Shown: positions 1 through 7,742 of the stretch, piece after piece
Numbering within the stretch: the first letter of the stretch is position 1
Layout of the letters: each line of letters begins with the position of its first letter
NCBI GenBank assembly: GCA_950072105.1
Contig: CATMOE010000018.1
Span: 1-56,351 of the forward strand
DNA from: an uncultured Dehalococcoidia bacterium
GTDB taxonomy: Bacteria; Chloroflexota; Dehalococcoidia; Lucifugimonadales; UBA3495
Reading direction: 5' to 3'
Length of the DNA: 56,351 bases
Notes under the pieces: generated by a model
Database searches by the model: none
What the model was told of the DNA's origin: nothing
Seen by the model: the letters and a program-made list of their open reading frames with translations, nothing else
Translations under genes and position numbers: made by a program

Positions 1-119
1 GCTGACATCTGGCCTATCCACCGCGCTAACTGAACGGTTCCATCAGGCCGGGGGTACTGGTGGGGTGGATGGGGGTGATAGCTAGGGGTTACCTGCTTTA
101 GTAGAATGCGCCGGGAGCA

Positions 120-623
120 ATGTTAATGGTCATCATCCTGATGGGAGTTTCCGGCGTCGGCAAGACAACCGTTGGAGAGCTTCTAGCTCGGGACCTAGAC
201 TGGCCCTTCCATGAAGGCGACGACCATCATCCCCCCGACAATGTGCTCAAAATGGCGCACGGCATCCCTCTAACCGATGAAGATAGATGGCCATGGCTGG
301 ACGCTATCCACGACTTGGTAGCCAGTGTAATAGCCGCTGGCAAGAACGCCGTGATTACCTGCTCAGCTCTGAAGCAGGAATACCGGCACCGGTTAGTGAA
401 AGAGCACCACGAGGAAGTCACCTTCGTGTACTTGAAGGGGGACTACGAACTGATCAAGCATAGGCTGGCAGACCGAGCGGACCACTTCATGAACATCGAC
501 TTGTTGGAAAGCCAGTTCCACGCCCTGGAAGAGCCGGAAGGAACCATCACCTTCGACGTTACCGGTGAACCACGGGAGATTGTTGATGCAATCAAGCAGG
601 CTTTACCCCAAGGCACCTACTAA
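120..623 (+). CDS. gntK: Gluconokinase (GntK/IdnK family)
   Basis: P-loop MGVSGVGKTT, EGDDHHP and GIPLTDEDRWPWL, CSALK and LLESQFHALEEP motifs typical of thermoresistant gluconokinases. Confidence 0.9.
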   Translation: MLMVIILMGVSGVGKTTVGELLARDLDWPFHEGDDHHPPDNVLKMAHGIPLTDEDRWPWLDAIHDLVASVIAAGKNAVITCSALKQEYRHRLVKEHHEEVTFVYLKGDYELIKHRLADRADHFMNIDLLESQFHALEEPEGTITFDVTGEPREIVDAIKQALPQGTY

Positions 624-638
624 GGCTGACTACTTTTT

Positions 639-666
639 AGTTACAGCTGACGAATCAGCTGTAACT
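639..666 (+). terminator. Perfect 12-bp inverted repeat after gntK (possible terminator)
   Basis: AGTTACAGCTGA-CGAA-TCAGCTGTAACT; no clear U-tract on the + strand. Confidence 0.45.
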
Positions 667-724
667 GCACCTTAGCCCCAGGCCAGTGGACACGTCACCG
701 CTGCCGACGTAATATGCTCCCATA

Positions 725-1507
725 ATGGCTAGTGACCGCATACAACGACGGATCGAAAGCCTCTTAGATGAGGCGGACGAAGCAATCTCGAGATACGACT
801 GGGACGCCGTTCGTCAAGCTGCAAATGCGGTGCTTGCGATCGACCCTGAGAACAATGACGGGAGAACTTTCCTTGCCGCTGCGGAAAGGGCACTGGCCGC
901 TTCTGCGGCTCCTCCACCGAGTGGGTTGCCTGCCCCTGCGTCGTTGGCAACCTCAACCGAAACATCCGAACAACCAACAACCTTCGCCGATGGCCGGTAC
1001 GAGGTAACGAAGTTCCTAGGTGAAGGAGGCAAGAAGAAGGTCTACCTGGCCCAGGACACCATGCTGGACCGGGAGGTGGCCTTCGCCCTCATCAAGACCG
1101 AGGGCCTGGACGAGGTAGGCATGACCCGGGTCAACCGGGAGGCCCAGGCCATGGGCCGGCTGGGTTCCCACCCCCACATCGTCACCGTGTTCGACCTGGG
1201 GCAGCAAGACGGGCAGCCCTTCATGGTCACCGAACTCATGGGCGGCGGCGATGTTGAGGGTCTGGTAGAAGACTCCCCCGAGAACCGTGTCCCCATGGAA
1301 CAAGCCATGGAGATAGCCCGGGCCGTATGCCGGGGGCTCGAGTTCGCCCACTCAAGGAATATAGTCCACCGGGACCTGAAACCCGGCAACGTGTGGCTCA
1401 CCTCGGACGGGATTGCCAAGATAGGTGACTTCGGATTGGCGGTGGCCACCGACCGTTCCAGACTGACCACCGAGGGGATGATGGTCGGGACAGATACATT
1501 GATATAA
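725..1507 (+). pseudogene. Hanks-type Ser/Thr protein kinase with helical N-terminal extension, truncated in the activation segment
   Basis: LGEGGKKKVY, HPHIVTVFD, HRDLKPGN and DFGLA motifs; ends at MMVGT-DTLI* where GTxxYxxPE and the C-lobe should follow. Confidence 0.85.
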
Positions 1508-1528
1508 GACCGCATATTTGCTAGAATC

Positions 1529-1810
1529 ATGGCAGCCCGTTTCATCGAGGCTGCCATGCCCACCGCTATAGATACCGCCACCGCTGTAGGCTACTTCAGA
1601 GTAAGCTCCCCTGGACAAGCCGGGGAGCGCCATGTATCCCTGGAGTCTCCGGCCGCCGCCCTCCAAGATTACTGCCGTACCCATCGGCTTAACCCTATGA
1701 CGACCTTCACCGATATTGCCACCGGTCGGAAAGATGACCGCAAGGAATACCGCAAGATGGTGGAGCAAGTCACGCAGCAAGGTATTGGCAATGTGGTCGT
1801 CCTCTTCCAC
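1529..1810 (+). pseudogene. Serine recombinase (resolvase-type catalytic domain) N-terminal fragment
   Basis: AVGYFRVSSPGQ (YxRVS catalytic Ser), FTDIATGRKDDRKEYRKM and NVVVL; similarity stops before the DRxxR motif, where the frame runs into the antisense of a kinase fragment. Confidence 0.8.
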
Positions 1811-1984
1811 CTGGACGTCGAAGACCTTGACGATGTTGGGGTGGTCCAGTCTCGAGGCCAGGTTGGCCTCTAGACTCAGGGCCACCACGTCCCCGGACCC
1901 ACTGTCCCGGGCGCGGTAGACCGTACCCTGGCCGCCGGCGGCTATGGTCTCCAGAATCTCGTATTTTCCTAGCCGTTCTAGCAT
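1800..1984 (-). pseudogene. Second Ser/Thr kinase N-lobe fragment with internal deletion
   Basis: LGKYEILETIAAGGQGTVYRARD...VVAL then directly LEANLASRLDHPNIVKVFDV; the catalytic Lys region is missing and there is no HRD/DFG. Confidence 0.75.
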
Positions 1985-2234
1985 TGCCGTTGCCGGGGAT
2001 TATAGCGGATATACCTACTGCGATTGGACTGGGATAAGGCGGGAACTCAGCGGGGAATTTGGCCGAGGCCGGGGCGATACTGGTGGAGTGGAGAATTGTG
2101 CGGGAGGAAGTGACCGCAAGTTAGCAGTGTTCGGAGTCTAGTATGTCATCTTGACGTAGTAGATTGTCGGCCTCGAAGGGTACTATGGTAAACAGATATG
2201 GCAAACTCATAGAGTCTCCGATAGGGTAATTGTT

Positions 2235-2504
2235 ATGGTATACACGCAGGGTAAACGACGCCCAACTCCACCATCCCGGCGGCGCTACGAAGCCTCCCAT
2301 CCCACTATCAGCTGCAGAGTCGATCCTGAACTCTACGGTCAACTGAAGGCGTTGAAGGAGAAGGCCAACCTGAGTGTCGCGGATATCTTGAAGATTGGCT
2401 TGGAAAGATGCGAACCCATTGTCGGCGAAGCATTTCGCAACGGGTTCATGTCGGCTCTGGCGGAAGCATACGAGACTGTTTCGGCGACTGCGAAGACGAG
2501 GTGA
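2235..2504 (+). CDS. Small hypothetical protein, possible ribbon-helix-helix DNA-binding protein
   Basis: TISCRVDPELYGQLKALKEKANLSVADILKIGL has the strand-helix-helix pattern of CopG/RHH proteins. Confidence 0.45.
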   Translation: MVYTQGKRRPTPPSRRRYEASHPTISCRVDPELYGQLKALKEKANLSVADILKIGLERCEPIVGEAFRNGFMSALAEAYETVSATAKTR

Positions 2505-2571
2505 TGGCCATCGCCCAAGGTGCGGAACCAGACTCACCGAAGTAACGGTTACGCTGACACTGTAATATCCA

Positions 2572-2690
2572 CTCCCCGCCAGAGTGGCTATGCGCCGCTT
2601 GTGGACCGGGCCGCCCGCCTAAACCTTCTCTTCAGCCCTGGTGACCATTGGAAGGATTTCCCATTGTGCTTGGGTGATTTAGCCCCAGGC
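2572..2690. repeat. Degenerate, internally deleted copy of 6735-6812 joined to 7137-7180
   Basis: ...GAGTGGCTATGCGCCGCTTGTGGACCGGGCCGCCCGCCTAAACCTTCTCTTCAGCCCTGGTGACC vs ...GAATGGCTATGTGCCGCCTTGCGGACCGGACCGCCCTCTTAACCCTTCTCTTCAGCCCCGGTGACC; the minus strand of both copies encodes GLNHP[S/G]TMGNP. Confidence 0.75.
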
Positions 2691-2781
2691 CGTGCTGACT
2701 GCTGAACCCGTTGCACAGCTTGTGGGCCTGACATAAAGGGCTGGTACAAAGATTGGGGGCACATCAGTATTCCTGGTTTAT

Positions 2782-3321
2782 TCAGTTCCAACCGGCTTTC
2801 CGCCTCCAGCCCATCCCTGTAAACATGCCTCTCAGATAGGCAATCTGCCCGGTGTGCTGGGTTGAATCACCTGGCATTCCCACAAGTGCTCTCCAGACCG
2901 GCCGTGTGTCACCAAGGGCATATACCACAAGCTGGTCAAACTGTTCAGTGGGGATCATGGATAGGCGTCTCATGGTGGCTTCGTGGGCATCGTCTAGGTA
3001 GCCCATTACTAGAGACCTGTCGGCATGGAATGCGGCTACCTTCTCTGGGCTATCCCCTATGCCGACGTCTTCTGCATCCAGACCGAATCTATCAGACCAG
3101 CCATTGTATATCCATACTTGGTTCTCGCCGCTGATGTTGCTGGTGATGAGGTCTCTGGCCCGGCTCATATGCCAAATCAACCAGGCGATGGAATTGGTTT
3201 CCGGAGTTGGTTGACAGAAAAACTGCTCGTCGGTTAGACCGTCACATGCTGCCTTAACTTGTGCGTACGCGGATTCGGTCATCGCCAGGACGAATCCATT
3301 GAGGTCAACAGGGTTTTCCAT
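2782..3321 (-). CDS. DinB/YfiT superfamily protein (thiol S-transferase-like)
   Basis: NSIAWLIWHM and C-terminal D-x-x-QHTGQIAYLRG motifs. Confidence 0.8.
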   Translation of the reverse strand: MENPVDLNGFVLAMTESAYAQVKAACDGLTDEQFFCQPTPETNSIAWLIWHMSRARDLITSNISGENQVWIYNGWSDRFGLDAEDVGIGDSPEKVAAFHADRSLVMGYLDDAHEATMRRLSMIPTEQFDQLVVYALGDTRPVWRALVGMPGDSTQHTGQIAYLRGMFTGMGWRRKAGWN

Positions 3322-3584
3322 ATCGTACTCCTCTGTAGTCTGGATATTGTGGCGATGAGTTTAATCTTGCGGATGGGGCGAATCAAACGGTCACTTTGTA
3401 TAAGCAGGAATCTCTTATTCTGTGAAAGCCCTGAGAGTGGTGGTACGGATGTTGCCCATTTGGCCTTATTTAATTGACTGCAATAGAATTCCGGCGTAGG
3501 CTTCGAGCATCTTGCAGAGTTGAGCTGCAGGAACTGCACAATGAGAGTTGAAAGGCTAAGTAAATTAGAGAGGGAGATATTAAC

Positions 3585-4205
3585 ATGACGGCCGTTACTT
3601 CATGGAATATGCGAGGCGACATATTTGAATCGTGTAGCTGCAACGTTGTATGTCCCTGTAACTATGGGGGCGACCCCACCAATTTACCGTGTGAGGCGGT
3701 CATAGGCTTCCGGATACAGGAAGGGAACTACGGTAACACTTCGTTAGGGGGCTTGAACATCGTCCTCTACGTACAGATACCTGGTAAGGTCTTCGATGGT
3801 GGCTGGACTCTCGGAGTGTATCTTGACGAGCGGGCTTCGCAAGACCAGGCGGAGGCCCTAGGTACCATCCTATCAGGTCAAGCTGGAGGCTGGTTTGAGC
3901 CTTTCAGCGCGTTAATCGCGAACCCTCTGGACCCTAAGCAAGTCCCTATCAGCTTCGAAATCGTAGATGGTGAGCACCGCATAACGGTGCCTGGACTGCT
4001 GGAAGCAGGGACAGAAAGGATTCCCAATCCCATACCAGGCATGCCTCCCCTAGACACCACTGTCAACGACATGGTAGTCCCATTTTTCACCGAATCGGTG
4101 CATGTCCGTCGTTCAACTACTTTGAAACTCACGGACCCCAACATGAGCTTTGAGTATGCTGGACAATCGGCCAACATCTCCCACTTCGAATACAGTGGAC
4201 CGTAG
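3585..4205 (+). CDS. DUF1326 family protein (copy 1)
   Basis: ESCSCNVVCPC...PTNLPC Cys motif, GGW..GVYLDERAS..QAEAL..ILSG; RBS GGAG upstream. Confidence 0.85.
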   Translation: MTAVTSWNMRGDIFESCSCNVVCPCNYGGDPTNLPCEAVIGFRIQEGNYGNTSLGGLNIVLYVQIPGKVFDGGWTLGVYLDERASQDQAEALGTILSGQAGGWFEPFSALIANPLDPKQVPISFEIVDGEHRITVPGLLEAGTERIPNPIPGMPPLDTTVNDMVVPFFTESVHVRRSTTLKLTDPNMSFEYAGQSANISHFEYSGP

Positions 4206-4300
4206 GAGCAAGTGGCAATGCCCGAGCTAGAATCGCGCCCGGGGTGGTCTAATTGCGCAACGGACGGCTCAAATCCTAATCAGCAGACGCCGAACGGAGC

Positions 4301-4915
4301 TTGATGGTCAGTGAAATTCAGTGGAATCTAAGGGGTAATTTGATTGGAGCATGCAGCTGCGACTGGGGTTGCCCCTGCAACTTCGATGCGCGGCCTACCA
4401 ACGGTTGGTGCCAGGGGACATACGCATGGCACATTGAGGAGGGCCGGTTCGGCGATGTAGTTCTAGACGGGCTGTACATGAGCTGGACAGGCCAGTTTCC
4501 GGGTCCGGTGCACGAGGGGCATGGCACGGCCCAATGGATCGCGGATGTAAGGGCCGCTGACCAGCAGCGAGAGGCCTTTCTTACGCTATTTAGGGGTGGC
4601 AGTGGGGGGCCGTTCGCCATCTTCGCCGCCGTGACTGAGACCGTGCTCGAACCGATATTCGAGAGCTTCGAAGCCACTATGGATGCTTTGGACAGCCGGT
4701 TGAGCGCAGGGGAGATTCTTGAGATCGGGCTGACCTCCATCAAGAACCCTGTTACCGGCGAGCCGGAGGAGATTCATCTGGCAAAACCTACCGGGTTCAC
4801 TTCCACCAAAGCAGAGTTAGGGGCATCCAGTGTCTACCGCTTCACGGGCGGCTTTCAACACGACCACTCGGGTCAATACGCTGAGTTCGCTCCCTTTGAC
4901 TACAGCGGGCCGTAA
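4301..4915 (+). CDS. DUF1326 family protein (copy 2)
   Basis: ACSCDWGCPC...PTNGWC, WHIEEGRFGDVVLDGL, IKNPVTG; start may be the ATG at 4304. Confidence 0.85.
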   Translation: MMVSEIQWNLRGNLIGACSCDWGCPCNFDARPTNGWCQGTYAWHIEEGRFGDVVLDGLYMSWTGQFPGPVHEGHGTAQWIADVRAADQQREAFLTLFRGGSGGPFAIFAAVTETVLEPIFESFEATMDALDSRLSAGEILEIGLTSIKNPVTGEPEEIHLAKPTGFTSTKAELGASSVYRFTGGFQHDHSGQYAEFAPFDYSGP

Positions 4916-4927
4916 ATAGAGGGAAAC

Positions 4928-5713
4928 TTGCGCTTGGATGCTCCTCTGGAATCAGTGCTGAAGCGGGACCGGGCGGTGGTGTTGGCGGGGGTTCTGTGCG
5001 TCGCCGGGCTGGCCTGGGGTTACATGGTGTACCTGGCCTTCTCCATGGGTGGCATGGACGCCGGCATGGCCATGGTCCGTTGGCAAGCGTGGACCGCCGC
5101 CGACTTCGGCCTGATGTTCCTGATGTGGGCGGTCATGATGACCGCCATGATGGTGCCCACCGCCGCTCCAATGTTGTTGCTGTTCGCCACGGTCAACCGC
5201 CAACGCCGGGAGAAGCAACAGCCCTACGTGCCCACGGGTGTGTTCCTATCAGGCTATGTACTGGTCTGGTGCGGGTTTGCCGCCGGGGCCACCGTGGCCA
5301 GCTGGGCGCTGCACGTCAACTCACTGCTGACCTCAATGATGGGCGCCAGCGCCAGCGTCTATATGGCCGGCGGCTTGCTCATAGCGGCGGGAGCGTTCCA
5401 GTGGAGCCGTTTGAAATACGTCTGCTTGACCCACTGCCGCTCTCCCTTGTCCTTTCTGATGACCGACTGGCGGGAAGGTCCCGGGGGGGCATTGGCCATG
5501 GGGCTGCGCCACGGTGTCTACTGTGTGGGCTGCTGCTGGGTCTTAATGGCATTGCTGTTCGTTCTGGGGGTGATGAACCTCTTGTGGATTGCTGCCCTGG
5601 CCGGGTTCGTGCTGCTGGAGAGGGTGGCGCCGGCCAGTTTCCACATCAGCCGGGTCTCTGGCCTGCTTTTAGTGGGGTGGGGAGTGTGGATGGTGGCTGT
5701 TGGGCTGATCTAG
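4928..5713 (+). CDS. DUF2182 predicted metal-binding integral membrane protein
   Basis: MWAVMMTAMMVP, KYVCLTHCRSP and GLRHGVYCVGCCWVLMALLF motifs; several TM helices; known partner of DUF1326. Confidence 0.9.
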   Translation: MRLDAPLESVLKRDRAVVLAGVLCVAGLAWGYMVYLAFSMGGMDAGMAMVRWQAWTAADFGLMFLMWAVMMTAMMVPTAAPMLLLFATVNRQRREKQQPYVPTGVFLSGYVLVWCGFAAGATVASWALHVNSLLTSMMGASASVYMAGGLLIAAGAFQWSRLKYVCLTHCRSPLSFLMTDWREGPGGALAMGLRHGVYCVGCCWVLMALLFVLGVMNLLWIAALAGFVLLERVAPASFHISRVSGLLLVGWGVWMVAVGLI

Positions 5714-5894
5714 CTGTTCTGGTGGTAGACTCTATGACACACCAGCAATCAGAATGAGACTACATCCCAGGGGTGATGGTACGTTCAGGCGATAACCTGT
5801 ATGACACCGGAGACCTCTGATTGCTCCCAGGATTCCATCAGTGCTAGGATTTCAGGAGTCCGTGGCCTAATTTCCGATGTAAGGAGATAACACG

Positions 5895-6521
5895 GTGACA
5901 CAGCAAGCTGCCAAGCAATGGCACTTTAGTGGCGAATCCTTTGAGTGCTGCAACTGCGAGGTCAACTGTCCATGTATGTTTGGAACCCCTGCTCATTACG
6001 ACAGCTGCGACGTGAACCATGCCTGGCATATCAGCACGGGTCACTATGGAGAGACGTCTCTCGACGGCCTGAACTTCGCGATGGCCTTCCGCACGCCGCA
6101 GCGGATGTCAGATGGCAACTGGATTGTGGCTATTTACATTGACGACCGGGCGACGGACGAACAGCGGGAGGCCCTGCGATTGATCGTATCTGGCGAGGCA
6201 GGAGGCGGCTTCTTTACCCGGCGTAAGGACTTGACTGGTACCTTCCTAGGCGTCAAGTTCGTACCCATTCTCTATGAGTCCGCTGGTCGTCGCCGGAAGG
6301 TAAGCATTCCCAACGCCTTGGAGATGGAGTTAGAGGCGGTGACCGGCGCGCACCCGGATCAGGAAGTCCAAATGGTCAACCTTCCCCGTGCGGGCGACAC
6401 GGGTTTCTACCCAACGACTGTAGCTAAAGCGGTGGCTCATAGTTTTGGTGATTACGGCCTGAGTTGGGACAACACCGGTAAGAACGGCTATTACCGTCAA
6501 GTTGACCTGTCCGGCCCCTAG
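5895..6521 (+). CDS. DUF1326 family protein (copy 3)
   Basis: ECCNCEVNCPC...YDSC, YIDDRATDEQREAL, WDNTGKNG; RBS AAGGAG upstream of GTG. Confidence 0.85.
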   Translation: MTQQAAKQWHFSGESFECCNCEVNCPCMFGTPAHYDSCDVNHAWHISTGHYGETSLDGLNFAMAFRTPQRMSDGNWIVAIYIDDRATDEQREALRLIVSGEAGGGFFTRRKDLTGTFLGVKFVPILYESAGRRRKVSIPNALEMELEAVTGAHPDQEVQMVNLPRAGDTGFYPTTVAKAVAHSFGDYGLSWDNTGKNGYYRQVDLSGP

Positions 6522-6530
6522 GACCACCTA

Positions 6531-6730
6531 GGCCAACTGTCCCACCGCACCGTAATCACCGGCCTCTCGGCTAACAGCGCATGATAGCCGGGAGCGTACT
6601 CATTCAGATAATCCACGGTCCGCTGGATGACGGCGCTGGCAATAAGTTATTCATACCCATTTTCCGCCTGCCACTTTGCGTATCTTACGGTCACCTTCCT
6701 AGAGACCGGCCATTGGCCTTGGCCCATCAG
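6531..6730 (-). pseudogene. Degenerate paralogue of the small KOW-like protein at 25829-26044
   Basis: The minus frame reads LIASAVIQRTVDYLNEYAPGYHALLAERPVITVRWD vs VVDSAVFQRSIDYPEDVSPGYHVVLPDDAVVTVRWD (18/36 identical by eye); the upstream part is broken by stops/frameshifts. Confidence 0.7.
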
Positions 6731-6856
6731 GTTACCTTCCCGCAAGAATGGCTATGTGCCGCCTTGCGGACCGGACCGCCCTCTTAACCCTTCTCTTCAG
6801 CCCCGGTGACCGCGTCCGCCGGGGGCGGCGGATGGTCCGCCTAACCTTTACCGGTT

Positions 6857-7201
6857 TCATGCCAGGAACTCCCTCATTGGGGACTCGGACACCAGCTTCA
6901 CAGAGTCGGAGGGGCGTAGTGATCCCAGTGCCCCGTCGCTGCGCCGTACCCGGATGGAGCCGTCGGGAAAGGTGGAAACTACCGTATACCGGTAACCATC
7001 GCCCCCCACGAAAGTCTCACCCTCCAGCAGCCGGGACGCCGAGTTGCGCTCTTCAAGGCCCCGCTCCGCCAGAGTCTTCTTGGCTTCCACAGGGTGAGTG
7101 CCCTGGCGGATGCTACCCTGTCCGGGGACCCTGCTATTGAAGGGGTTTCCCATCGTGCCCGGGTGGTTAAGCCCCTGGCTCCTATGTCGTCGTCGCGCCA
7201 C
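6857..7201 (-). CDS. Hypothetical protein (island-associated)
   Basis: 114-aa ORF whose N-terminal GLNHPGTMGNP is echoed in the degenerate copy near 2650-2690; no family recognised. Confidence 0.4.
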   Translation of the reverse strand: MARRRHRSQGLNHPGTMGNPFNSRVPGQGSIRQGTHPVEAKKTLAERGLEERNSASRLLEGETFVGGDGYRYTVVSTFPDGSIRVRRSDGALGSLRPSDSVKLVSESPMREFLA

Positions 7202-7542
7202 CTACGCCACCTCCCTTGCTGATAGGGTTACCGCCAAGCTGACAGGCCAGATGGCTGGGCAAGGCGGTCAGAGTAGCCAGACTGCTCAGTACAGGCCATA
7301 CAGGGACGTGCCCTTCGAGGATCTGGTGGCGTTGGTAGACAAGCTGGACCGGTTGCAGGAAGCCGATGTGGTTGTCGCAGAGGGGAAGGTCATCGACAGC
7401 TAGGGCCTTTGCATAGGAACTGGCCATGCATCCACCAGGAAAATGGATCCCAGACCTGCTCTAGCTAAGTGCGGCGCTAGAGGTTAAGGAGCATTTCAAC
7501 GGTTGGCCCCGTGGGCCAGTTTGTAGCTGACCCAGCTGCCGG

Positions 7543-7566
7543 TTTTGCTAACCATTTTGCTAACCA
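7543..7566. repeat. Tandem 12-bp direct repeat TTTTGCTAACCA x2 (candidate integrase arm-type site)
   Basis: Perfect tandem repeat about 120 bp before the tRNA 3' fragment. Confidence 0.55.
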
Positions 7567-7683
7567 ACTACCCGGGAATAGGCGTGACGATATGGTATTG
7601 TAGGCACAAATGTCGGGCTGACGATTCCACCCAGAGGGTCTAAAACGTAGCTAGCGGTACGGGTTAAGACAGATACCATTAGA

Positions 7684-7728
7684 CTCCAAAACCAGTGGTC
7701 GGGGGTTCGAATCCTCCCGCTCCTGCCA
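7684..7728 (+). mobile_element. 3' half of tRNA-Trp(CCA): att-site duplication marking an island boundary
   Basis: CTCCAAA anticodon loop, ACCAG, T-arm GGGGG-TTCGAAT-CCTCC, acceptor 3' strand CGCTCCT-G-CCA; the 5' acceptor strand, D-arm and 5' anticodon stem are absent upstream. Confidence 0.85.
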
Positions 7729-7742
7729 CTTTTAGGCATGAA

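Noticed and set aside
55..2092. TACTGGTGG(G/A)GTGGA at ~55 and ~2078, resembling reverse-complement tRNA/tmRNA 3' ends
   Set aside because: No T-arm (TTCGA) follows, and the match is too short to call att sites.
1488..7680. GACAGATAC(C)ATT at both the kinase breakpoint (~1488) and just before the tRNA fragment (~7668)
   Set aside because: The match is only ~12 bp with an indel; it is suggestive but could be chance.
7650..7728. Complete tRNA-Trp gene
   Set aside because: There is no 5' acceptor strand (expected AGGAGCG) or D-arm upstream; only the 3' half is present.
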